A stretch of DNA of 63,964 bases, filler included, from Bigelowiella natans CCMP2755 (Eukaryota > Protista > Cercozoa): NCBI GenBank assembly GCA_000320545.1. It is 6 parts of 6 records of this genome, joined end to end, with 100 filler letters (N's around TTAATTAATTAA, not from the genome) between each part and the next. Parts side by side here need not be neighbours in the genome. Positions count along the whole stretch, not along the records: positions 1 to 15,177 come from ADNK01002442.1; positions 15,278 to 34,708 come from ADNK01002761.1; 4 more parts are not named here. One strand, 5' to 3'. How positions within the stretch are numbered: the first letter of the stretch is position 1; the number at the start of each line of letters is the position of its first letter. A program made the position numbers and the translations under genes. Of the stretch, positions 13,610 to 23,679 are shown piece after piece. The notes under the pieces were generated by a model. That model saw only the letters and a program-made list of their open reading frames with translations. It was not told the origin of the DNA and made no database searches.

Positions 13610-14048
13610 GCCTTACTCCGATTATTATTCTCGCCTCCCTGCTCTAATCGACCGGAGAATCTGCAACCTCACTCGATAGGGTCAGGGAATCGTATTTATC
13701 CTTGTTGCGAAAACGAGGGGGAGGTGGGGGAGGTGGGCCTCTGGTGGCAACTACTCCGCCATTATGAAGCAGAGGCGAGTCACTACTCATGACCTATAGA
13801 AAGTAACAGCCAAATATGCTTGTGTGGAAATGGAAAGCTACTACGTGCATCTGCACCACATACATCTGGGGTCTATGCGCCCCTACTTTCCACAACAATA
13901 AAATACGAAGTTACATTTCCAATGGAAGAGGCCTTCGCATCCACAAAGGCGAATTTACCCTTCAATAGTCCCCACCCTCACATCATGCCATCGTGCTAGA
14001 GGCAAGCTATAACTACAGGCAAGCACACACGGAAAAAGACGCCCCCTT

Positions 14049-14690
14049 TCAATGGCGGGAAAACCCGCTCGAGAGAGTACAGAAAAGTGTCATTGTTCCG
14101 TGTTTGGTTTTGTCTTTTTTTTCACATAATAAGAATAAGGAGTAACTGAGAAAGGTTGGCATCGCCATCGCTACAATCGGACTTAATCGAGCGCGTCTAA
14201 GGATATAATTCCAAGCATTAGCACATTTCTTTCCTTCCGCACAATTGAATCGCATATTCCCCCCCTCACCCGCCCCCCCTCCCTTCGATGAATCTACTAC
14301 CAAGCTTGCACGTGGATTATGCCCCTTTCTCGAAATCGCGTCTCGTACAGATGAGCTGGTTGGGCTGGGAGGAATCAAAATGTTCTCCCTGCTCCCAGCT
14401 GTACTCCTTTGCTTCCGATGTTTCTTGCTATTATGATGGCCGGAGAGCGAAAGATGCTGCTGCGAGGGCCTCTTGTGGTGACCCCTGCCTCCCCCCCTCG
14501 GCATCATCATCACCGAACCCCTCACTCCGGAGCTTCCGCTCGTCGCCGCAGTGTTGCGCGAAGACTTTGTATCACCGCTCGAGTTCCCACGGTTGGAGCT
14601 GCTTTTCACTGACGAAAGGACGCTGAAGGAAATCGAGACGAAGAATGTTGTCGCGTGGAGACCGGAGATGTAATCCAGCTGAAGCATCAC
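14049..14690 (-). CDS. Hypothetical multi-exon protein (hydrophobic segments plus Ser/Gly-rich loop), partial
   Basis: 213-aa ORF with flanking intron-like microsatellite segments; 5' part likely cut by the gap at 15178. Confidence 0.35.
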   Translation of the reverse strand: MMLQLDYISGLHATTFFVSISFSVLSSVKSSSNRGNSSGDTKSSRNTAATSGSSGVRGSVMMMPRGGGRGHHKRPSQQHLSLSGHHNSKKHRKQRSTAGSRENILIPPSPTSSSVRDAISRKGHNPRASLVVDSSKGGGAGEGGNMRFNCAEGKKCANAWNYILRRARLSPIVAMAMPTFLSYSLFLLCEKKDKTKHGTMTLFCTLSSGFSRH

Positions 14691-14922
14691 CTGATTTGCG
14701 AGAAATCGGTCAAGAGGAAGGCAGTGAAGGGGGGGGAGGTAAGCCCCGACAATGTTGGCGCCTCTTTTTCTTTTCCAACAACATCATGGAGCACATTTAT
14801 GCAGAGCGTAACGTGTGTGTGTGTGCGTGTGTATTGTGCGTGCAAAAGTGTGTGATTATTAGGCCACCATTAGTATATCGGCAAGGTAGAAGGCGGTGAG
14901 GGCCGTTAACTATGAGGAAGAA

Positions 14923-14998
<76 letters not shown>

Positions 14999-15177
14999 CA
15001 AACAAAGTAGAGAGGTGACATCTCAGAGTAACCCAACGCTAAGATGCAGACTCGTAGCATATGCATGTTTGAATGTCATTCCACGGAGCAGGAAGTCATC
15101 GGATAAACATCGAATTGGCGTGAGAGCTTCGCAACGAAAAACGCCAACATCCCCTCCCCCCCACCCCACCCTTCCGC

Positions 15178-15277
15178 NNNNNNNNNNNNNNNNNNNNNNN
15201 NNNNNNNNNNNNNNNNNNNNNTTAATTAATTAANNNNNNNNNNNNNNNNNNNNNNNNNNNNNNNNNNNNNNNNNNNN
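15178..15277. other. Artificial contig linker N44-TTAATTAATTAA-N44
   Basis: Identical 100-bp linker occurs five times and has stops in all six frames. Confidence 0.97.
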
Positions 15278-16014
15278 CGTTTGCTTCCTTTCGAAGAGTT
15301 GTGTTTATTTTTATTAAAGGTTAATATTTTTATTAAAATCGTGCAACGCGTAATCATTGGCGAAGCTTTCGCGAATGCCACCGCACGTGGGGCAGCACAC
15401 TTCCGGTGTGCTGCCATGAGTCCCGCCCGGAACCCACGTGCCTATGCTGTATTAATATCTACGTTATCTATATTCTATATCCCGCGCCCACTTCTCCCTT
15501 GTTGTCGCACGTGACCCCCCTCTCCCCGTAGTGGTACGCGCTACAGTCAGCACACCGGAGTGTGCTGCCCCACGTGCGGCGGCCACGGCACAAGTGTGCC
15601 ACGAACAAATGAATGAGTGCACGATTCAATGAACACAATGTTCAACGAATTGTTCAACTGTCCAAAAGGAAACAAACGTGTCCCCCCCCTTTGAGCACTT
15701 GGCGCCAACCTTGAGCACTCACCTGCAACCCCACGCGCAACATCCAAATCCCAAGTTCCATCGCAAACTGCAGGAAAAGGCGTTGAAAGTCCACACTTGT
15801 CAATGAGCGAAGTGTGAATGCCAATGCTTGACCACTTCTCCAACGACCACGAACGCCAGGACGCTCCAGCGCTGTCCAGCTGTGCACGAAAGCGTTCACC
15901 ACATCACAGCAAAGTTTGTGATGCACGATGGACGTGCAATGTGACACGTGCATGCCACACGTTGCTGTGTCTGTCGTGTGTCGTTGCGGACGTTTGCATC
16001 GCTGTTTGCACACG

Positions 16015-16619
16015 TGTGGTCAGTTTGCGACCACCAAGTGCATGCAAGCGCGCATGTGCATGCACAGTGCAAATGGTGGTGCATGCTGTGCTTTGTTGTG
16101 TCTCACGTTTGCATGTGAGCACGTTCACGTGGGTTCAGGCTGTCGTTCCTGCACCTCAGTTGGTCACGTGGGGGCACGCAACGTGCATGCCCGGAAACGT
16201 GGTCACAGGAGGGGGGCATGCAACTGGGAACACCCTTCTCGGTTGTTTCCCCAACCGTGGATGTTCCTAGGAGCACCCTCGGTGTTTTGCTTGCGACATG
16301 GAGTCGGCCTGCGTGTCACGACGTTGCAGGGGAAAGTGGCCTGCGTTTTCCCTGACGTTTTGGGCAACTGCTGCTGCGTGGCGTGTTGCTGCTGGGGATG
16401 CTGTGTGTCCAGCACACGACGTGCATTGGCGCGCAACGCGCTGGTTTGGCACACTCTGAAAGACCCGCAAGCAAGCGGCAAGCTTTCTTCTTTGGTGGCA
16501 CGCTCACGCATGCTCACGTCACGTCGTCTGTTCAACAGGGTTTCAGTTTTGTGGGTTCAAAGCATTGTCAAAGCACACATTGCACAGTTGTGTTGTCAGC
16601 GCTGCGCAATGCAACTGCA
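16015..16619 (+). repeat. 5' LTR (605 bp)
   Basis: Aligns end to end with 22268-22877; begins TGTGGTCAG, ends ACTGCA. Confidence 0.95.
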
Positions 16620-16620
16620 C

Positions 16621-16635
16621 TGGTGGCGGACGAAC
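16621..16635 (+). promoter_or_regulatory. Putative primer binding site (TGGTGGCG..., possibly TGGTAGCG tRNA-iMet-type before mutation)
   Basis: TGG one base after the LTR end. The tRNA assignment is inference. Confidence 0.55.
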
Positions 16636-19600
16636 TGCGTCAAGTGGAAAATCGAGGGAACTCGTTTGGGGCTCAGGGGGAGCCCAGAAACCATGCAGAG
16701 GAAGCTGAGAGCAAGGAATCCAAGATTGAAAATCCGGAAGTTTCGACGGGTGGCCATGCGTCACGGGAAGGCATCCCAGTGGCTCAACCCGTGACTTCCA
16801 GACGTTTGAATGAGCTTGGATCGGGCGCCCGGCACTCCCTGACGGTGGATGAGGTTCTGGAGCAGTTTGGTGACCTGACTGTTTCAGCAGGCCGACGAGT
16901 TGCAAAGTGTGTTTTGCACTGCGACGGCATTGATGAAGGTGTGTCTGGTTTGGTCAGAACGATGACCACTGACTTGGAATCGCGAGAGTTCGCATTTCAT
17001 CGTTGCTTGGATGAGGGAACAACTTTGCGAACTTGGGCCTGCACGATGAAGAAATGCAGAGACCCAGGTTGTGCTCCGCCAGGCATGGTGGACAGGATGG
17101 AGCGGAAGGCCAAGCTGCAGCCTTCGGTCCGAGACATTGCGGGTGCCATCGACTCGTTTCGACGGCACTGCCCTGTCAAAGGCAAGCTGTGTGTGGCTGC
17201 CATGAGCCCGGCACAGTTCCGTGGGAGTGCTCGTGGGCTTCACAATGGAATTGAAGCACACGCTGCTTTGGTCGGCCAAGCCGACTTGGGGTTCGGTTGC
17301 AAGTGTTTCCAGACGTGTTTGTCCTCTCACACGCTTGAGAGGCTCCGTCGGGAGGCCACAAGGAATGCACATGCTTCTGAGAGCCCAGAGACCCAGTTTG
17401 AGATGGCTCTGCAGCACCTCTGCGATGAGGAGGACGAAGAGAAGCTTCAGCGCGACTTCGAGGATGAGCTCGATTTCCTTCGGCGAAAGCGGTGTCGACG
17501 TGTTGATGCGATGCACCGGCAGTTCAGCGAGCTTCTTCTGGAGTTTGCTGGACTTCGTTTTGGGCATGCCAACAAGTTGCGGCACTTCCGGCGCTTGTTG
17601 GTGGGTCACCAGTTGCACGACAAGTTCATCGCGCCACTCAACGGATTTGCGCCGTGTGACGTCGATGGACTTGTTGAGTTTTTGCGGCCACTGGAGGAGA
17701 GCCATTGTGAACTTGCGGCTCATCCTCCACACGCTGATGCATCCACAGTTGCAGGACCTGCGGTGCAACGCGAATGCGTGCACTTTTCCAAACGTGGGAA
17801 GTGCAATCACGGTGATGAGTGCAAACTTTTGCACGTCAAGCAAAGTTCTGCAAGTGAGCAGAACGAGCAGAAATCTGAGCAGTGCACCAAGGAGCAGCTT
17901 GATGAAGTGAAAAATCAAGACTGTGGGCTTCGTTTGAAAGGTGAATGCCATCGTGGGGACAAGTGCAAGTTCCGCCATGGTGCTGGGAGTCTCAATGCTG
18001 CTGGAGGGGCGAATGCCAATTTGGCCTCTCACACCTGTGAGGAATCGGCGGATGCTCCAAGGCAAAGTGTGGAGGCATCGCTGCTGCAGGTCAACTCCCA
18101 GTCACTTCCCAAGTTGACAAAGGAAAGTGAGCGTCGTCACTGTGAACGAGACCCAAGTTTGAGGTCTCAGAAGAAAGCAAAGTGCTTTCTGCAGGCGGAT
18201 GACGGCGCTGTTGCAGTGCTTGGGTCAATCGACGATGGCGCTCAACCTGCTGCCATTTCAGAGGCTCCGTGCCAAAAGTTGAAGTCCTCTGGTGTCAGGT
18301 TTGGATGCAGGCCGATGGTGGGTGAGGTGGGTGGGCTCAATTCATCGATTGAGAATGAAACTTTGCGGGAAGTCGATTTTGCGGTCCAGATCAAAAAGTG
18401 CAAAAAGCATGGAGCGCGTGTTGAACTCCGAACTTGTGCTCTGGCAATGTCTGGACCGGTCTCGCAGGACTTTGCATTGGGCACAGGTGCCCTCAACACA
18501 AATGGCATCAATTCTGTCAAGGATCCTGACCCAGCAAAGCGAATTGTCACCATCGATGGTGAAATCGTCAATTTGCATCCGTGCAGCGTCGACGTGCTTT
18601 CGGCGACTGTTGTGACCGTCGTGGGCATGGACATGCCTCCGATGGCAGCTGCTCCCGGCGAGATTTGCAGCATGGATGCCAACGCCGTGGGAGAATTGCC
18701 TGGAGTGGAGGAGGTGTCGTCTGCAGTTCGAAAAGAACTGCAAAGTGCCGTGGATCATGACTTTGCAAGTGATCATGACCACACGATCAATGCACAAGGT
18801 TTGCCTGATGTCGACATCAAATCGATGGCAAGTCCCATCGAATCGGATGGAGTGCTTCTCCAGCGATCATCCAGCATTGCACCGTTGTCAGAGTTTGGCG
18901 ACCAACGTGCAGTCGCTGACTCTGACTTGGCAAACGGCCACGTGCTGGACATGCTTGATCGCTTGGAGAACGAGGTGGTGACGAAGGAGAGCTTGTTGCC
19001 GGGTTCACAGCAATTCCATCACCTTCGCACTGTCACTTGCCGCTTCCGGAAGTGTTTTGTTGTGAAACTGCCGGAGGTGGGAAAGTGTGAGCTGCGGGAA
19101 CCGCACGATGTCAAGCGATGGCTGAAGCCGGGCTGCAAGCCGGTTCGCCAGCGGCCTTGCCACTTGGAGCCGAACAAACTTGAGCTCACGAAGCTCAAGC
19201 TCGACCAAGTGGTGAGCGATGGGTTGTGTTGCAAGGTGACAAGTGACACATCTGAGTGGGCGTCGCCAGCTTTTTGTGTGTGCGATGAAGGAAACGCATC
19301 ACCACGCGTCGTGGTGGCGATGGGTCGCTCAAACAAGCTCGTCGAGCTCACGTGTGCTGTTTGCCCTGTGACTCGGGATGCAGTGAGAAAATTGATGAGT
19401 GCTCAATGGGTGACAGTCTCTGACAGCAAAGCTGCATGGAGACAGCTTGGGATGACTGAGTGCACGAAAGTGGTGTTCGCATTTGTCACTCCATTCGCGT
19501 CGTTTGCAAGCGACGGCTTGCCGATGGGGCACAAGAACGCTCCTCAAGTTTGGGTCGAGGAGGTGGCCACAAGGTTCCTCGTTGGGACACCAGGTGCTGT

Positions 19601-21110
19601 CGTGCACTTCGACGACTTCTTTGCCATTGGACAGTCGCCGATGCAAGCGCTTGTGGGTTTTGCCAAACTTGTGCAACAGTGCGAAAAGTGCAATGATCAT
19701 CGAAGTGCCACCAAATTGCACACTTTTCCCAAGCGACTTGCAGCAGCAGGTTTGATGAAGGAAGCGAAGACTCACTGTCCAGATCCCAAGCGCACGGTTG
19801 CCATGGACAAGCTGGAGCGACCAACAAAAGGGAGGCGGTTCTCAAAGCACGTGCGCCGTCTTGTTGGTTTGTTCGTTCATTGTTTGGAATGCACGAAAGG
19901 CTTCTGGCAAATCGCTGCGCCGATGAAGGATTTGCTCATGCAAGGAGCGGCACAAGTGTGGACAGCGAAGCACGATGAAGCTTTGGATGCATTGAAAGGC
20001 ATGCCAAAGAAGGCGGTGTTGCACGTGCCTGATTGTGAAGCTGCACCCATGAGCCAGCCATTTGTTCTTGACACTGACGCGTCTGATGTGGCTGGAGGTG
20101 CTGCGCTTTCCCAGGTCATTGGTGGGAGCGAACGCCTGCTGGCTTGTTGCTCGTTTGCATGGAAGACAAACGAGAGGAGCTGGCACATTGCACGAAAGGA
20201 GCTTGCGGCTGGAGCGAAGGGGCTTCACCGGTTCCAGCACGTCACTGAAGGCTGCCCAATTTCAATTCGCATGGATGCGAAAACGGCGCGGCATTTCGCG
20301 CTGCACGGAATGGATGAAGTGCAGCTGCCGTGTGCAAGGTTGAGCGCAGCACACTCTGGATGTCCGTTGGTGGACATCCAACATGGAAAGGGGGAAAAGC
20401 ACACCAATGTGGACCCTTTCTCGCGGCCGAATGCTGACGAAACTCGCGACGAAAGGAAGTCGCATCGTCAGTCGCTGGCCTCTCTTTTCCCGTCACGTGC
20501 GGAGGCGGCGAAGCAAGAGGAAAAGCTGGTGAAGTCTGAAGCTTGCCTCTCCTCTTGCTCAGCCAATGAGACGATGATTGACTTCGATGTCCCTCATCTC
20601 TCTGTTCATTCTGTGGAGTTGCAGACTTGGGCGTGCTGTGCCACAGAGGTCCAGGTGTCGACGACGCTGTCTGATGTCACTTTGGAGCAGCAGCGTCCCG
20701 ATTTTGAGAAAATCATCGATGCTCTCGAGGACGAGAAGAATGTCAATCATCTTCTCGTTTCCTCTGAATGCAAAATGGCTCCTGGTGAGCTGTGCCACAT
20801 GGGCTCCTTCCAGATTGGAGGAGGTGCACCGCTGCAACTCTGTGCACCTTCTGATGAACGCCAGGAGGTGTTGCAGGCGTGTCACGTGGACAATGTGGCG
20901 AATCATCGCAACGCTGATGATCTCGCAAAGAAGGTTCTGCGCGGCCATTGCTGGGTTGGAGTCCAGAAAGCCTGCCGTGGATTTGCAAGGCAGTGTCAGT
21001 CTGCACACGTGCCAAAACGCGCACGAAGCAGCGCCTTGCTTGCAGCATGGCGACCGGGAAATTGGTGGCACGATTGCAGTGGATGCAATCGGCCCTGTCG
21101 ACGGCGCTGA
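16621..21110 (+). pseudogene. Gag-Pol polyprotein (CCCH fingers, aspartic protease, RT, RNase H, integrase Zn finger), Tyr-free
   Basis: IDDGAQ (PR). WASPAF, FAFVTPF, LPMGHKNAP, VVHFDDFF (RT). FVLDTDASDVAGGAALSQ, KELAA, HTNVDPFSR (RH). The computed ORF start at 16383 lies inside the LTR and is an artefact of stop-codon loss. Confidence 0.92.
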
Positions 21111-21720
21111 GCACCACACGCAGACGCTGTGCGTTGTGGCCATTGGTTGCGTTTGCACCAGGGCAGTGAAGCGCACGAGCTCGGCGCGCACGGCGGAATT
21201 CATCACGTCGCACACGTCAAAACACGGATGCCCTGAGCAGGTCATCATCGACCAAGGGCCAGAGAACGTGGGCAAAATTGTGCAGCACTTGCAAAATCGG
21301 CTGCGGCTCAAGTTCATCAAGGTGTCTGCTGAAAATGGCCAGGGAAACTCAGCATCAGAGCGGAAGCATCGACCTGTCAATGATGGGATCATGGCGATGC
21401 TCCTGCAAAACGTTGAGGATCGGCACAACTGGCACAAACGTTTGGAGGTGACAACACTCAGTGTGAATGCCACAATCGATGAGTGTGGTCATTCACCGGC
21501 TCACCTCACGTTCGGATGTCAGCCGAAGTTCGTGGCTGATGTGGAGAGCAAGTCGGTGGCGGCTCCAGGGACCGGGGACCTCGATGAGAGGATCCAAGAT
21601 CTGGAAAAAATGCGGCTGCTGTGTGCCACTCTGAAGGAAGATTGCAAATTGGTGAAAAACTTCACGAGAAACGAGAAGCTCAATGCTCAAGACGAACGTG
21701 AAGTGGGGGATGTGGTGTGA
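21000..21720 (+). pseudogene. Integrase catalytic core (DDE), frameshifted relative to pol
   Basis: IAVDAIGP, HGCPEQVIIDQGPENVG, GNSASERKHR and GHSPAHLTFG in ORF 20578-21720; frame change near 21000-21060. Confidence 0.88.
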
Positions 21721-22251
21721 CTTTTCCGCAAGGAAAATCGCAAAGAAAATGCTGTCACGAAAAAACACGAAATCAAAAAGACTGGCCCTGTGACTGTCGT
21801 GGCCAGGAGCAGCAAATCCCATGCCCATCAAATCATTGACCCGAGGACGGGGCACGATGATGATGTGCACGCGAAACACCTTTCGCCTCATGGTGCACTT
21901 GCCCCGTTGCCAGAAGTGCGCCCGGTGGCTCCAGACATTGAGGATGATTTTGCTGGCAAGGATGATGAGGATGCTGATGGTTCCTCCAGCTCGTCGGACT
22001 CCCAGGGGCCTTCTGGTGACCGGATTTCGCGGGACAACACTGTCCAAGGTGAACGCAATGGGAGACCAACCAATGTTGGTCCGCACGTTTCTTGGATTTT
22101 GTGTTTTCGCAAACACGTGCTGCCACACGAATGAATTGGTGGCGGTGCAGTTGGTGCAAAAATTTTTTTTCTTCCCTTTTTTTCCAATTTTCTTTCAGCA
22201 CGCGTGATCCCACTCGTGTGTTGTCATCATTGAGTTGGGGGTGCAAAAGTT

Positions 22252-22267
22252 GGGGGGGGGGGGGCAG
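22252..22267 (+). promoter_or_regulatory. Polypurine tract
   Basis: G13-CAG immediately before the 3' LTR. Confidence 0.8.
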
Positions 22268-22877
22268 TGTGGTCAGTTTGCGACCACCAAATGCATGCAA
22301 GCGCGCATGTGCATGCACAGTGCAAATGGCAGTGCATGCTGTGCTTCATTGCACCTTGCATTTGCATGTGAGCATGTTTGCATGGGTTCAGGCCATCGTT
22401 CCTGCACCTCAGTTGGTCACACAGGGGCATGCAACGTGAGTTGCATGCCCGGAAACACGGTCACAGGAGGGGGGCATGCAACTGGGAACATCCTTCTCGG
22501 TCATTTCCCCAACCGTGGGTGTTCCTAGGAGCACCCTCGGTGTTTCACTTGCGACATGGAGTCGGCCTGCGCATTGTGATGTCATGGGGGAAAGTGGCCC
22601 ACGTTTTCCCCAATGTTTTGGGCAACTGCTGCTGCGCAGCACGTTGCTGCTGGGGATGCTGTGTGTCCAGCACACGATGTGCATTGGCGCGCAACGCGCT
22701 GGTTTGGCATGCTCCAAAAGACCCGCAAGCAAGCGGCAAGCTTTCTTCTTTGGTGGCATGCTCATGCATGCTCACATCGTGTCATCTGTTCAACAGGCTT
22801 TTGGTTTTGTGGATTTGAAGCATTGTCAAAGCACACATTGCACAGTTGTGTTGTCAGCGCTGCGCAACACAACCACA
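22268..22877 (+). repeat. 3' LTR (610 bp)
   Basis: Matches the 5' LTR with one 5-bp insertion; ends ACCACA followed by TSD ACACG. Confidence 0.95.
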
Positions 22878-23679
22878 ACACGTCGTGCCCTGAACTTGCA
22901 CTCCCATCAAGGTTCAGTTTCATCAGGTGTCGTGCTTGGAGAAGCAGCCCTCGATTGTGTCCACGCTTTTCGCGTGCATTTCACGTTTTGTGTTTCCAAT
23001 GCATGGCCATGCTTTTGCAGCTGAGCCACGACAGCTAGACACCCTCCATGCAACGCAACTGATCAGGTGCAAGTGACAAGCACGCGTGCTCAGTCGTGCG
23101 AGCCCGAGCCCTCGCCAGCTCGACTGCACGTTGATGACGCACGCTGTGGCTGCAGGGTGCAGCAAGCAAACACCCCTGCTAGCCTGGCTAGCTGGACGCG
23201 TGGTCCATGTGACCCAGTGAGTGTGGTGGTCGCACCACGTGCTGCGATGTCGCACAACAACAGACGAACAAGCAACCGTTTGTCCATTTGACCACTCAGC
23301 CATCACGGCGTTGCATGTGCTTTTCCCCATGCCAGCATGACTCAGCAGGCTTGCTAGCTTGCACCTCTGTGTCTGCACGTCAAGTCGTGTTGCATGCACC
23401 ACATGGCGTCCAGAAGCCCAATTTGCAAATTGGTTGGCACACAATGGGAGGGAGGAACATGCGAGCATGCCAGCATGGCAACACTTGGACACTTGCGCTG
23501 TGCATGCACACACGTGTGCATGTGCATGTGCACACATTTGACATGTGCTGTTGCTTGGTCTACAATGAGTTGCTCTCAATGGACACGTGACATCACACAT
23601 GCACAATGCATGCTGTTGCTTGGTCCACAATCATTTGATGTTCGACTTGCAGCATGCCATGCACGACGACAACAACATT

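Larger units (their letters stand above)
16015..22877 (+). mobile_element. Full-length Ty3/Gypsy LTR retrotransposon, hypermutated
   Basis: Two TG...CA LTRs, 5-bp TSD ACACG (16010-16014 and 22878-22882), PBS-like TGG at 16621, G-rich PPT before the 3' LTR, domain order Gag-PR-RT-RH-IN. Confidence 0.96.

Noticed and set aside
15222-15233. TTAATTAATTAA motif inside N runs (five occurrences)
   Set aside because: Artificial six-frame-stop contig linker; adjacency across these gaps is not trustworthy.
16383-21110. Alternative genetic code or codon reassignment explaining the absence of Tyr
   Set aside because: TA is missing in all frames and in the non-coding LTRs, while neighbouring host genes use TAT/TAC and TAA/TAG normally.
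16015-22877. Ordinary CpG methylation decay or fungal-type RIP as the cause of TG/CA excess
   Set aside because: CpG is abundant in the element, RIP would increase TpA, and neither removes Tyr codons or converts YxDD to HxDD. A minor CpG-decay contribution cannot be excluded.
16015-22877. ADAR-type RNA editing of the retrotransposon transcript
   Set aside because: Both strands are affected, the two LTRs diverged independently, flanking DNA is converted, and TAG in CTAG is spared rather than preferred.
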